A stretch of DNA of 62,973 nucleotides, counting the filler. It is 8 parts of 8 records of this genome, joined end to end, with 100 filler letters (N's around TTAATTAATTAA, not from the genome) between each part and the next. Parts side by side here need not be neighbours in the genome. Positions count along the whole stretch, not along the records: positions 7,219 to 16,357 come from SRR2962707_4104; positions 16,458 to 23,012 come from SRR2962707_4108; 6 more parts are not named here. The stretch is one strand, 5' to 3'. The notes beneath the pieces were generated by a model, which was not told where the DNA came from, made no database searches, and saw nothing but the letters and a program-made list of their open reading frames with translations. The translations under genes were made by a program, and so were the position numbers. Shown piece after piece: positions 11,204-22,200 of the stretch (within the stretch, counting starts at the first letter, position 1; each line of letters begins with the position of its first letter).

Positions 11204-12754
11204 TCAGACATCAGCGCCCTGCGGGTGCTGCCGAACACCGCCCCGGCTGATCAGGTTCAGGGCCTCAATGTAGGCCTTTGCGGAGGCGATAATGATATCG
11301 GTATCGGCGCCGATGCCGTTCACAATTCGACCACCGCGCTCCAGGCGTACCGTTACTTCCCCCTGGGCATCCGTACCGCTGGTAATGTTGTTCACGGAAT
11401 AAAGCTGCAGGTTACAGCCGGAGTCTACCAGGGACTCAATAGCCTTGAAGGTGGCGTCAACCGGCCCGCTGCCTTCTGCCTCTACCTTGTGCTCCCTGCC
11501 ATCCACCAGAAGGGTCAAGCGAGCCCGGGGAATAACACCGGTCTCAGAGCACACCTGCATAGTAACAAGCCCATAGCGGCCGTCTTCTTCCTTCTGCCGG
11601 GTATCGCTGGCAATCGCCTGAAGGTCTTCATCGAAAATCTCATGTTTGAGATCAGCCAGTGCCTTGAACCGGGTAAAGGCTTCATTAAGCTCTGTTTCTG
11701 TCTCAAACTGGATGCCGAGTTCCAACAGGCGGGAACGGAAAGCATTACGGCCAGAATGTTTGCCCAGCACCAGGCTGTTGGTGTGCCAGCCCACGTCCTG
11801 TGCCCGCATGATTTCGTAGGTTTCCCGATGCTTCAGGACGCCATCCTGATGAATACCTGATTCGTGGGCAAAGGCGTTTGCACCAACGATCGCCTTGTTA
11901 GGCTGTACCGGAAAGCCGGTGATGGTCGATACCAGTCGAGAGGCAGGCACAATGTGCTGAGCATCTACCCGGGTGTCGATAGTGTAAAGATCCTGACGGG
12001 TACGAACCGCCATCACAAGCTCTTCAAGAGAAGCGTTCCCTGCCCGCTCACCGAGCCCGTTGATGGTGCATTCCACCTGGCGGGCGCCGCTGCTAACGGC
12101 TGCAAGGGAGTTTGCAACCGCAAGCCCGAGGTCGTTGTGACAGTGAACGGAGAACACGGCTTTGTCGGCGTTCGGAACACGGTTTAGCAACTGACGGATG
12201 GTCTCCCCAAACTGCTCCGGAATGGCATAGCCCACTGTATCCGGAATGTTGATGGTTGTTGCGCCGGCCTTGATTGCCGCTTCGATAATACGGCACAGAA
12301 AATCCAGCTCTGACCGACCGGCGTCTTCGCAGGAAAATTCAACGTCGTCAACATGACTGCGGGCACGCCTAACGGATCTGACGGCCTGCTCAACCACGTC
12401 ATCCGGCTGCATCTGCAGCTTGTACTGCATGTGAATCGGAGACGTCGCAATGAAGGTATGGATACGTCCGCGCTCGGCCGGCCTTATGGCCTCCGCGGCG
12501 CGGTCAATGTCCTTATCCAGTGCCCTGGCAAGACTGCAAACGGTAGATTCCTTGATAGACTCTGCAATCGACTTTACCGCCTCGAAGTCACCCTGGCTGG
12601 CGATCGCAAAACCCGCCTCTATGACGTCAACCCTCAGCTTCTCGAGAATCCGGGCTATCCGCAGTTTCTCCGCTTTTGTCATCGTTGCGCCGGGGCTTTG
12701 CTCACCGTCACGCAATGTTGTGTCAAAAATAACCAGGTGATCGTTCGCAGGCAT
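11204..12754 (-). CDS. leuA: 2-isopropylmalate synthase
   Basis: [37 protein letters not shown] and the regulatory-domain GSGPVDA motif. Start taken at MPANDH. Confidence 0.96.
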   Translation of the reverse strand: MPANDHLVIFDTTLRDGEQSPGATMTKAEKLRIARILEKLRVDVIEAGFAIASQGDFEAVKSIAESIKESTVCSLARALDKDIDRAAEAIRPAERGRIHTFIATSPIHMQYKLQMQPDDVVEQAVRSVRRARSHVDDVEFSCEDAGRSELDFLCRIIEAAIKAGATTINIPDTVGYAIPEQFGETIRQLLNRVPNADKAVFSVHCHNDLGLAVANSLAAVSSGARQVECTINGLGERAGNASLEELVMAVRTRQDLYTIDTRVDAQHIVPASRLVSTITGFPVQPNKAIVGANAFAHESGIHQDGVLKHRETYEIMRAQDVGWHTNSLVLGKHSGRNAFRSRLLELGIQFETETELNEAFTRFKALADLKHEIFDEDLQAIASDTRQKEEDGRYGLVTMQVCSETGVIPRARLTLLVDGREHKVEAEGSGPVDATFKAIESLVDSGCNLQLYSVNNITSGTDAQGEVTVRLERGGRIVNGIGADTDIIIASAKAYIEALNLISRGGVRQHPQGADV

Positions 12755-12836
12755 GGCGCTCTCCATCAGGGCAACTGAAGACCAGTTTCTCGGGAGTATA
12801 TCATCGATTGCGATGCCCACGGGGCGTGCATAGTGT

Positions 12837-14552
12837 TTAGTCGACGCCGTTCATCCAGACCAGCCAAATCAGCAAACCATTGAGCACCAGAGAGACAACC
12901 GCGATGAAACGCCAGTTTTCCGGTGGCACACGGTCCACGAGCGGGCGCCATTCGGTGGGTGTCAGCGCCGGGTTGGGATGTCCGAGATCCCTCAGGAATT
13001 CCGACAGCGAAGGATATCGGGACTCCGGCCTCAAGGAAACGGAGCGTTGCAGGCAGGCATCCAGCCACACCGGCAGGTCTGGGTTGAATTCGCGTATACT
13101 GCGATAGCGCATATGGCGACGGACGGACGGTCTGGGAGGCTTCGCATAGGGAAGCTGACCGGTCAACAGCTCATAGGCAATCACCGCCAGGGAATAGCGG
13201 TCAGAGGCGGGTGTTGCCCGATCACCCTCAAGACACTCCGGCGCAGCGTAGCTCTCAGTCCCCAGGCAGCCATCCTGCCCCCACGGCACATCAATCTCCT
13301 CAATCCCTCGAATTCGTACCGCGCCCAGGTCAATGATTTTAACTGTCCCGTCTCTGGCAATCAGTACGTTTTCTGGCTTGAGATCCTGGTGCACCATTTC
13401 AAGACGGTGCAGAGCCCGTAAACCAATGGCAATCTGCTGAATGAGGTTCCTCACGTCGGCAGGCGTTGGCAGGGGGTTGTCGTTCATCCACTCGCGTAGC
13501 GTCGGTCCCTGAACATATTCGGTGACACAATAGAGGCAGCGTCGGTTCTGGGGCGGCTCAATAAACCGGACAATATGAGGACTGTTTACACGGCGCCCCA
13601 CCCAGCACTCATTGAGAAAACGGTCGATATAGGCCGGATCATCCACAAAGTTCGGCGACGGCGTTTTGATAATCACCGGCTCACCGCCGGCATCGGGGCT
13701 AGCAAGGTAAACCTGGGTGCGGCGGCTGGCGTAGATTTCCCTGACGATCCGATAACCGTCAAGCCTTTGCCCGGGCTCCAATGGCGGCGGGAATGCCAGC
13801 GACGTCAGCCGTTCATAATGAGCCTCAACGTCTTCCACTGGCAGATGCTCAATATTAAGTACCTGAGCGCTCAGGTTGTCGGGGCTTCCAGCGGAGTAGG
13901 CTGCGTCCACCAGCGCCCTGGCGACCTCATCCGCGTCACCCTCCGCTGCAAGTCCGGCCATAACGACTGGGTCGAGATACCCGTGCACACCATCAGTGGT
14001 CAATAGCAAACAATCACCGGGCAGAAGGTTTGCCCGGAATACATCAATTTCGACATTCAGCTCAGCCCCCATGGCCTTTGTCAGCGCGCCCCTATCGGCG
14101 CCTACAACTGCATGATGGTCCCTGGTCAGGCACTCCAGTTCGTCGTTGCGAACAAGACAAACCCGACTATCCCCCACATGAAATACATAGGCTCGATTGT
14201 TCTTGATGACGACACCGCTAAAAGTACACACCATCGCATGGGCATCTGCATGGCCGGCGTGACCACGACCGTGCAACCATCGATTCAAGGCCCCAAGGAC
14301 ACGACCGGCCGCAGTTTCAACGGCCCAGGAGTCCGGCGTACTGTAGTAGTCGTGCAGAAACCCTTTTACGCAGGTCTCAGCCGCCTCACGGCCTGCGGCT
14401 GAAGCACTCACCCCATCGGCAATAACAGCAGCAACTCCCTTGAGAACGAGGGCCTCGCCTTCTGGATAGCGAATACCCAGGCTGTCCTGATTCTCGGCCT
14501 TCCGGCCGGCGATGCTGTATTGGCCGGCCTGTAATTGGAGGCGACCACTCAC
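12837..14552 (-). CDS. Bifunctional PP2C phosphatase - Ser/Thr protein kinase with C-terminal TM helix
   Basis: PP2C motifs NQD, IADGV, HVGDSR, TTDGV, DN; kinase motifs [19 protein letters not shown]. Start overlaps the transporter stop (GTGA). Confidence 0.92.
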   Translation of the reverse strand: MSGRLQLQAGQYSIAGRKAENQDSLGIRYPEGEALVLKGVAAVIADGVSASAAGREAAETCVKGFLHDYYSTPDSWAVETAAGRVLGALNRWLHGRGHAGHADAHAMVCTFSGVVIKNNRAYVFHVGDSRVCLVRNDELECLTRDHHAVVGADRGALTKAMGAELNVEIDVFRANLLPGDCLLLTTDGVHGYLDPVVMAGLAAEGDADEVARALVDAAYSAGSPDNLSAQVLNIEHLPVEDVEAHYERLTSLAFPPPLEPGQRLDGYRIVREIYASRRTQVYLASPDAGGEPVIIKTPSPNFVDDPAYIDRFLNECWVGRRVNSPHIVRFIEPPQNRRCLYCVTEYVQGPTLREWMNDNPLPTPADVRNLIQQIAIGLRALHRLEMVHQDLKPENVLIARDGTVKIIDLGAVRIRGIEEIDVPWGQDGCLGTESYAAPECLEGDRATPASDRYSLAVIAYELLTGQLPYAKPPRPSVRRHMRYRSIREFNPDLPVWLDACLQRSVSLRPESRYPSLSEFLRDLGHPNPALTPTEWRPLVDRVPPENWRFIAVVSLVLNGLLIWLVWMNGVD

Positions 14553-16018
14553 GTTACGTCAATCATTCTGACGGAACCATCCGGCATTACCTCGCTTGTT
14601 TGCGGATCAGGTTCATCCATGAAGATCATCACCAGGGACATGATTGCCAGAGCAATTGCTCCCAACACCAGGAAGAACTGATCTGAGGGCACCAGGGCCA
14701 ATACAACCAGGAAGACAACACCTCCTACATTGCCGTAGGCACCTGCCATCCCCGCAACCTGGCCGGTAAGACGACGCTTCACCAACGGAACCGACGCATA
14801 GACTGCGCCACATCCGCCTTGCACAAAGATCGAGCAGAGCACAACCAGAGCGACCGCCAATGGCAGAGGCCAGCTGCTATCAATCCTTGCCATGAAGAAG
14901 TATCCAACTGCGATACCGGCCAGCATCAGTATCGTAATCAGCTTTCGCCCATAGCGGTCCGCAAGATAGCCGCCGCCGGGGCGCCCAAACAGGTTCATCA
15001 GAGCAAAACTCCCGCCGAGCATCCCCGCCAACATGGGAGAGATATCAAACGTATCCAGGAAATACAGCGGCAACATGGAGACCACCGCAAGTTCCGATCC
15101 GAAGCTCGCCATATATACGAGATTTAAAAGTGCTACCTGCTTGAACGGGTAACGATCAAATGCCGGTACAGGCCTTTGAAAGACGTGACCGTTTATCTGC
15201 CAAATCCGCAAAAACTGGACAGCTGCCATCACCCCTATCGCACCATAAAGAAGATAGGTTGTCGGAGCCCCCAGCATACCGAGCTTATAGGGCCCCAGTT
15301 GCCAAACGATCAACGCCAAAGCAAAGAACAGCGGCAAGTTCATTACCACGTAAAGGACGAAATCGCCCTTGCTGGTGACTTCCATCGCACCGCCCCGCTT
15401 TGGCTTGAAGTAAGTCGAACCTTTTGGGGTATCGCGAACCAGGATGAAGAAAACCGCCGCGTAGATAATCGCGATAACGCCAGTCGTGCCTACCGCCCAG
15501 CGCCATCCGTTATCGCCACCGAACCACAGCGCGAGTGCCGGCAATGAAAGCCCGGCAAACGCAGCTCCAAAGTTACCCCAACCGCCATAGATACCCTCAG
15601 CCAGTCCCAACTCCTTCGCCGGGAACCATTCACTTATCAGACGGATACCCACAACAAATCCCGCACCAACAAAGCCCAACAGAAACCGGGTCACAGCAAG
15701 CTGTTCAAAGGTTGTGGAGAGTGAAAATGCGATACAGAGAAGCCCTGACACAACAAGGACCAGGCTATACACACGGCGAGGGCCGAGTGCATCCACTAAC
15801 ATACCGATAAGAATTCGAGCTGGTATCGTCAATGCCACGTTGAGCAGCAACAAGGTATTTACTTCCGAGGCTGACAACCCGAACTGATCTCGAATAGAAG
15901 ACATTAGGGGGGCGTGATTAAACCAGACCAGGAAGCTTATAAAAAACGCTACCCAACTCAGGTGAAGAACTTTGATCCTTCCTACGAAAGAAAAGAATCG
16001 AAAAGAGGTATCGCTCAT
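14549..16018 (-). CDS. narK: NarK/NasA-family MFS nitrate/nitrite transporter
   Basis: LHLSWVAFFISFLVWF, GAGFVVGIR, GIYGGWGNFG, FGSELAVVSMLP, RPGGGYLADR, GMAGAYGNVG; about 12 hydrophobic segments. Start taken at MSDTSF. Confidence 0.92.
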   Translation of the reverse strand: MSDTSFRFFSFVGRIKVLHLSWVAFFISFLVWFNHAPLMSSIRDQFGLSASEVNTLLLLNVALTIPARILIGMLVDALGPRRVYSLVLVVSGLLCIAFSLSTTFEQLAVTRFLLGFVGAGFVVGIRLISEWFPAKELGLAEGIYGGWGNFGAAFAGLSLPALALWFGGDNGWRWAVGTTGVIAIIYAAVFFILVRDTPKGSTYFKPKRGGAMEVTSKGDFVLYVVMNLPLFFALALIVWQLGPYKLGMLGAPTTYLLYGAIGVMAAVQFLRIWQINGHVFQRPVPAFDRYPFKQVALLNLVYMASFGSELAVVSMLPLYFLDTFDISPMLAGMLGGSFALMNLFGRPGGGYLADRYGRKLITILMLAGIAVGYFFMARIDSSWPLPLAVALVVLCSIFVQGGCGAVYASVPLVKRRLTGQVAGMAGAYGNVGGVVFLVVLALVPSDQFFLVLGAIALAIMSLVMIFMDEPDPQTSEVMPDGSVRMIDVT

Positions 16019-16099
16019 ACGTTGGCCTGTAAACATGCGGAATTTGCCAACAGATCGTGAGGAAGTTTCTAAAGAAGGGGGCCAAATGTGGCGAGCTAT

Positions 16100-16155
16100 C
16101 AAAGCAAAACAGGAATGGCCGACACCTTCACTTCCTTCTGACGGCGTCGTTGCCG
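16100..16155 (-). promoter_or_regulatory. Candidate ANTAR (NasT-type) antitermination leader
   Basis: Hairpin CGGC-AACGAC-GCCG (16155-16142), then a degenerate GAAGGTGTC second element lying within an AGGAAGTG...CATTCCT stem followed by GTTTTGCTTT. Confidence 0.5.
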
Positions 16156-16191
16156 GTACCTGTTGGAGCCTAACTCTAGACCCGATACTTC

Positions 16192-16207
16192 AGCAAAATA
16201 TATTCCA
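16192..16207 (-). promoter_or_regulatory. Sigma54 (-24/-12) promoter of the nitrate transporter
   Basis: TGGAATATATTTTGCT with correct GG-N10-GC spacing; AT-rich, IHF-like tract immediately upstream. Confidence 0.8.
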
Positions 16208-16272
16208 GAATATTTTTAATTTTTAAAAACAATGCATTGCGAATATTTCCAAGGGCAACAAATCCCCAGCAA

Positions 16273-16319
16273 CGCACCAATGCTGGGCAACCCGAGCGGC
16301 ACCGCACCACTATAGGTTA
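16273..16319. promoter_or_regulatory. Tandem NtrC-like enhancer sites
   Basis: CGCACCAATGCTGGGCA (16273-16289) and the weaker CGCACCACTATAGGTTA (16303-16319), 30 bp apart, resembling TGCACCA-N3-TGGTGCA. Confidence 0.7.
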
Positions 16320-16340
16320 TTGGTCGTTACTTTTTTACAG

Positions 16341-16357
16341 GCAATAAAAAACCCCCG
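16341..16357 (-). terminator. Truncated half of a probable intrinsic terminator of an off-contig upstream gene
   Basis: Minus strand CGGGGGTTTTTTATTGC at the contig end; the other stem arm is missing. Confidence 0.45.
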
Positions 16358-16457
16358 NNNNNNNNNNNNNNNNNNNNNNNNNNNNNNNNNNNNNNNNNNN
16401 NTTAATTAATTAANNNNNNNNNNNNNNNNNNNNNNNNNNNNNNNNNNNNNNNNNNNN
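16358..16457. other. Artificial contig spacer
   Basis: N44-TTAATTAATTAA-N44. Confidence 0.98.
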
Positions 16458-16458
16458 C

Positions 16459-16524
16459 GACAATGACGGCGTTGACGACAGCTCGGGCGAGACCAATTTC
16501 TGGTCGATCGGTGCCGTGGAATAA
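16459..16524 (+). CDS. 3' end of a truncated CDS (DNDGVDDSSGETNFWSIGAVE*)
   Basis: Open frame from the contig start to TAA, followed by a terminator. Confidence 0.55.
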   Translation, partial: DNDGVDDSSGETNFWSIGAVE

Positions 16525-16550
16525 GCCTCAGGGTTAGAAGCGATGGTGAA

Positions 16551-16583
16551 GGGGCCGGGCCGAAAGGCTCGGCCTCTTTTTTT
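16551..16583 (+). terminator. Rho-independent terminator
   Basis: GGGGCCGGGCC-GAAA-GGCTCGGCCTC stem-loop followed by T7. Confidence 0.88.
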
Positions 16584-16719
16584 GTGGGGAGGGGGAGATG
16601 GCGGGTCGCGACCCGTGTCGGTCGTTCACGCTCGGCTTCTCGACCGACCGCTTCGAGCCCGAACCTGACAATGACCGACAGATGCTCTATGGTCGGAAGA
16701 ACCCAACTCGGAGGAGAAC

Positions 16720-17172
16720 ATGCCACTTACGGCCGGATGCCAGCATGTCGCGCTGGTGACAGGAGACCTGGAACGTTTCACTTCATTCTATGAGCGTGTC
16801 TTCGATGCCAAGAGGCGATGGGCTCTTGAAGAAGGGCAATTGAGACATGCCTTCATCGATCTTGGCGGTGGCTTTTGCCTGCATCCATTCGAACTTGGCG
16901 AAGCGCACCCGGAAGCGAAGGCAAAACCAGACATGTTCGGGCGCGGCCATATCGATCACGTGTCCATCGAAGCGCCGGACCGTGCGACATTCGATCTCCT
17001 GCGCGACCGTCTCATGAACGAGGGCGCAAGCGATGGGACGATTGCTGACTGGGGCATGCTGGAACAGATTTCGTTTGTCGACCCGGACGGGATGGAAGCG
17101 GAAGTAAGCCTGATCAAGAACGGAAAACCCCGCACATTCCAGGAGCGCACGTTGGCGCCCGCGCCCAGCTAG
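16720..17172 (+). CDS. VOC (glyoxalase/bleomycin resistance) family protein
   Basis: QHVALVTGDLERFTSFYERVF, IDHVS, FVDPDG...E; Shine-Dalgarno GGAGGAG upstream. Confidence 0.9.
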   Translation: MPLTAGCQHVALVTGDLERFTSFYERVFDAKRRWALEEGQLRHAFIDLGGGFCLHPFELGEAHPEAKAKPDMFGRGHIDHVSIEAPDRATFDLLRDRLMNEGASDGTIADWGMLEQISFVDPDGMEAEVSLIKNGKPRTFQERTLAPAPS

Positions 17173-17289
17173 ACGGCAGATTGTCCTGCGGGCGAACAAT
17201 CGTCTGCAACGTCCCTATAGCTGCCGTTCAGCAGTCGACCATTGGCGTGACCGCTCACCACCCCAAAGCAGTCTTGATCCAACCCGTGC

Positions 17290-18933
17290 CTAACTATGCT
17301 CTTCCCGCGAATGCGCCACCAGTGCCTTGTTGAAGCTTGAGAGGGCGTCGACGTGGTGGGCGTGGCCTATGATGGTGTTGGATTTGGTTTCTATGACGGG
17401 CAGGCGGGAGGCTTCGCTGGCGTCGAAGGCTTTGAGGGCGGATTCGAGGGTTTCGGTGGGGCGCAGCCAGGGGGCGCCTGAGGCGATGTCGAATGTGTTG
17501 TCCTGGTCCTCGGGGAGGGGGCGGAGGAAATCGCGGACGCGAATGAACTGGGCGGCGTGCTTGTGCGGGCCTTCTTCGAGCATGATGCCGCGGGTGTAGA
17601 GCTGCCAGTGGAAATAGGAGCGGCCCATCACGGCCTGGGTGAGCCCGGTGGCGATGGCGACCGCGAGCAGCAGGGCGATGGAAAAGGCAAAACCTCCGGT
17701 CAATTCGAAAATCATCACGGCGGTGGAGATCGGCGCGCCCAATACGGCGGCGGCGACGGCGCCCATGCCGATCAGCGCGTAAAGGCCGACCGAGGACGCG
17801 ACATCGGGGAAGACCGAAGTTGCGATGATGCCGAAGGCGCCGCCGGTCATGGCGCCGAGATAGAGGCAGGGCGAGAAGACACCGCCACCGGCGCGCGAGG
17901 ACAGGGTGATCGTCGTGGCGACGGTCTTGGCGACGATCAGGGCAAGCATGAGCCAGAGATCGAGCGAGCCGGCCAGCGCCATGTCGGTGGCTTCATAGCC
18001 GACACCCAGCACGTGAGGGAAAGCCAAAGCGATCAGCCCTACCAGCAATCCGCCGATGGCGGGGCGAACCCAGACGGGAGTGCCGCTGCGCTTGGAGAGC
18101 CAATCGCCGCCGATCAGCGCTGTCTGGAACAGGATGGCCACAGCGGCGCAGACGAGGCCAAGCAGGGCAAAGGCGGGGATTTCGAGATAGGACGAAATGG
18201 TGATGGCGTCCGGATCGATGACGAAGGCGGGCGCTTCTCCGAACCACAGCCGGGAGATGATGGCAGCGACGACCGAGGCGATGACCAGCGGCACGAAGGC
18301 GCTCATGGCGAAGTGGCCCAGGATCACCTCGTGGGCGAACAGTACGCCGGCAATGGGCGCGTTGAACGAGGACGAGATGGCGGCGGCCACACCGCAGGCC
18401 AGCGCGATGCGGCGTGCGGCGGCGGGCAGGCGGAAGATGCGGAAGCCGAGTTTTGATGCGGCGGCGGCGTAGTAGACGATTGGGCCTTCGCGCCCACCAC
18501 TGCCGCCCGAGCCGAGCGTGATGGCGGTGACCAGCGTTGCGACGGTCGCGCCGCGGAAGGTCAGCGCCGATGATTCGCGCACGCGGGCCTCGATGACGTC
18601 GGCGACGCCGCCGGCGCGGCCGAGCGGGCGCCAGAAATAGAGAATGATCCCGACAACGATGCCGCCGCCAACCGGGCCGATCATCGGCCACCACCAGGGG
18701 AGCGTGGACAGGGTGGTGAGCACCTGTTCGCTGGCGGTGCCCAGCCAGAGGGACTGGACAAAGCCGATGGCGAGGCGGAAGGCGATACCGAGCGCGCCAC
18801 CGATTGCGCCAAGCAGGATGGCCAGAAGCCACAGGCGGGGCTGCTGCAGGGCGAAGAAGCTCGCAAGATGCGGGCGCACCCAGCGCTGGGTGACGGAATA
18901 GATCTGCTTGGCCGTTTTTACCGGCGTCGTCAT
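17290..18933 (-). CDS. ClC-family chloride channel/antiporter with C-terminal CBS-like domain
   Basis: GSGGREGP, FNAPIAG, GVGYE, GGVFSP, APIST...FELTG. Start taken at MTTPVK. Confidence 0.93.
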   Translation of the reverse strand: MTTPVKTAKQIYSVTQRWVRPHLASFFALQQPRLWLLAILLGAIGGALGIAFRLAIGFVQSLWLGTASEQVLTTLSTLPWWWPMIGPVGGGIVVGIILYFWRPLGRAGGVADVIEARVRESSALTFRGATVATLVTAITLGSGGSGGREGPIVYYAAAASKLGFRIFRLPAAARRIALACGVAAAISSSFNAPIAGVLFAHEVILGHFAMSAFVPLVIASVVAAIISRLWFGEAPAFVIDPDAITISSYLEIPAFALLGLVCAAVAILFQTALIGGDWLSKRSGTPVWVRPAIGGLLVGLIALAFPHVLGVGYEATDMALAGSLDLWLMLALIVAKTVATTITLSSRAGGGVFSPCLYLGAMTGGAFGIIATSVFPDVASSVGLYALIGMGAVAAAVLGAPISTAVMIFELTGGFAFSIALLLAVAIATGLTQAVMGRSYFHWQLYTRGIMLEEGPHKHAAQFIRVRDFLRPLPEDQDNTFDIASGAPWLRPTETLESALKAFDASEASRLPVIETKSNTIIGHAHHVDALSSFNKALVAHSREEHS

Positions 18934-19213
18934 CGGATTTCCTGCCTTGGCGCCACGCGGCCCGGTTGGTCCTAGGGTGCTGCGTTTGCATCTGCAAGCC
19001 AACTTGCCGCATACAGGTTGTGAAATCTTGAATTTACGGAGGATAAGCCGGGTGACGGGGCGGGGCTATATGCCTAAGGTCCAAATTCCGCTTTGTTGAA
19101 TCGGAATTGGACCTTAGGCCATTGTTTTGGCGTGAGATTGAACCGGAAAAGTCTGCACCTTTTCCTGATCTCACTCTAATGTTCCCTCTACGTTGTAAAA
19201 GGACGCCAACGGC

Positions 19214-22200
19214 TTGGCCAATCGCATCTACATCGCCATCGGACTGATCGCGATCCTTTTGATGGGGGGCGCATTTGTCGTTCCCTGGTTCATCGACTGG
19301 AACGCCTATAAGCCCCGCATGGAGCAGATGGCGGCCGAGGCGTTGGGCGTCGAGGTCGAGATTGCCGGCGATATGGATTTCACCCTCTTGCCGCAGCCGC
19401 GCCTGCATTTCGAGAATGCAAGGCTGGGGCCGCAAGAGGCGCCGGTGGGATCGGCGCGGCTGGTCGAGGCCGATCTGTCGCTTATGGATTTCCTGCGTGA
19501 CCGGTTCACAGTGACCCAGCTGCGGTTGATCGAGCCCGAACTCAATCTTGTGATCGATGAGGAAGGGCAGTTGCAGACGCCTATCACGCTGGCCCAGTCG
19601 GCCACCGTGACCAATGTGTCGATCGCCAATGCGCGGCTGACCGACGGCGTGTTGCGGCTGACCGATCTGCGCAGCGGGGAGAGCTGGCAGGCCGATGCGT
19701 TCAATGGCGACATGCAGCTGACCGGGGTTCGCGGGCCGTTCGCCATCGAAGGGCAGACGGTGCATGAGGGCACAGCGCTCGGCGTGCGGGTTTCGACATC
19801 GGCGATGAACAATGCCGGACAGATGCAGGTGAGCGCCTTTGTGCGGCCGACAAGCGGTGCGTTTTCGGTGGCCGCCGAGGGCTTGCTGGAAACCGGCGGG
19901 GCGCCGAGCCTAAACGGGACACTGACCTATCGGCAGGCGGCTCCTCCTGACGATGGGGAAGCAGTGGTCGGCGGGGTGCTGCTGCAGAGCCCGCTCATTG
20001 CCAATGCCGAGCGCATTGAACTGCCGGAATTCGTGTTGCTTCCCGACGAAAACCAGACAGCGACGCGGCTGACGGGGGAAGCGTCAGTGAGCCTTGGGGC
20101 CGAACCGGCGTTCAACGCAATCGTTTCGGGGGGCGTGGTTACTCTGCAGCCGCGGGCGGTGACCGAAGAGAGCGCGCAACCGTTTGAAATCGTGCGCCTG
20201 CTGCGCGGTATGCCCGAGCCCTTGACCCCGCCGCTGCCAGGGCGGATCGCCATGTCGATCAACGAGCTTTCGGTGCGCGGGGTTGCCGTGCGCGACGTGC
20301 GGCTGGACGCGACGAGCGACGGCGATAGCTGGGCCGTCGAGGAATTTTCGGGCCGGCTGTCTGGGGATACGACGCTCAAGCTGACCGGGCAATTGGGCAG
20401 GGCGGCGGGCTGGCCGGCCTTTGATGGCACCCTGGCCATGTCCTCGCCGCGGCTCGATGCGCTGGCGTTGCTCTGGAAGCGGGCCGGAGAAGGCAATCCG
20501 CTGTTCGGCATGGGCGGTTCGCTCAACGGGCAAGTGCAATTGGTCAACGACCGGCTGCGGCTTACCGACGGGCTGTTCGTGCTTGACGAGACCGTTCACA
20601 CAGTATCGGGCGACATGCGGTTCGGGGACGCGCCTTCACTGGAAATAACCGCGGGGCTGTCGGCGCTCAATGGACGCCAGAGCACAGCACTTGCGGCGCT
20701 GTTGCCGCCGATCGATCCGACGGGGGCGTTCGGGCTGAGTTTTCCGCAGGGGCGGCTCGACCTCGATGTCGAAGCGGCGCGGGTCGAGGGGCTGGCGCTT
20801 GACGACCTGTCGCTGCGCTCGGCTTGGAGTGCCGAGGGGCTGGACCTCGAAAGTGTTACTGTCGGGTCGTATGGCGGGGTCGGGTTCGATGGCACCGGGC
20901 GGCTCTCGGGGACGCTGGCAGCGCCGGTGATCGCGGGCGAAGGAAATCTCGACATTGCATCGAATGCGCCCGCGATGGCGCTATTGGCCGGCGAGGACAA
21001 TCCCTTGCGCCAGAGCCTTTTGGGCAGCCTGCCCGCGCAGGTGGCGGTGGTTCTCGAAGCGCCCGGACGCGATGGGGTGCAGACGCTGAACCTCGATGGC
21101 CGGGCCGGTGCGAGCGAGGTATCGGGGCGGCTGGAAATGACCGGGGGCATAACCGGGCTGGGGCGTGAAAATCTGGTGGTGGTGCTCGACGCTGGCGCCG
21201 AGAGTGGCGCACAATTGCTCGACCAGTTGGGGCTGGCGCCGCTGATTGCCGGAGAGGATGGCGCGATTGCCAGTGCGCGACTCGAGGGCAATCCGCGTGG
21301 CAATATGGACGCTGAATTCTCGCTTGAGGGCGGCGGAGAGCGGATCGATTTTTCCGGCACCTTGCAATTGTCCGACCTCGGCTCGATCCGGGGCGAGGGG
21401 CAAACGTCGTTCCTGTTTGCGGACGGAGTTGCGCTGGCCGAACTGGCGGGGGCACAGGGCACCTGGTTTCCGGGGCTGGAGGGCCAAGCCAACATAGGCT
21501 TTGTCGGCAATGACAGCGTGAGACTGTCCGAGATTTCGGCGTTTGCCGGCGAGCGCGAGATCGGTGGCACGCTATCGTATGCCGCACAGCGGGACACCGC
21601 GCTGGTGACCGGGTCACTGGGTTTTGACGGGCTCGATGTCGAGACGGTGGCGGCCATGCTGGCCGGTCCTGCGGGAGTGCTCAACCTTTCGCCCGGTGTT
21701 TGGCCCGATGGTCCCGTCGATCTTGGTGTCAGTCAGCGGACGACGCGCGGGCGGATTGCGATTACCGCACCGGTGCTCATGGCGGGCGACGAGCGGCTGA
21801 TCGAGGCGCTGGCGTTCGACTATGCGTGGGGCGAGGAGGATGTGGGGCTGCGGGGGTTGTTTGGCGAATTTGGCGGCGGCACGATCCAACTCGATGCGAC
21901 GGCGTGCTGCGCCTCGGCGCTGGCCGACAAGAGCCTGAGTGGGCGGCTGACGCTCAATGGCGTGGAGATCGATGCTGCGCTGCCCGATACTCCGGCGGAC
22001 ATTCTGGGCGGTACCCTGACCCTGGGCGTGCAGTTTCAGGGGAGCGGGGACAGTTATCGGACGTTTGCGGGGTCGCTGAACGGGGAGGGCAGCTTTTCGG
22101 TCGAGGATCTGCGGATCGAGGGACTGTCTCCGGACGCGTTCCAGGCGGCGGCCAATGTGGACAATCTGATCGAGATCGATCCCGAGGCGCTGGAAATTCT

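Noticed and set aside
12755-12820. N-terminal extension or leucine attenuator for leuA
   Set aside because: Homology begins at MPANDH, and no Leu-rich leader peptide or terminator is visible.
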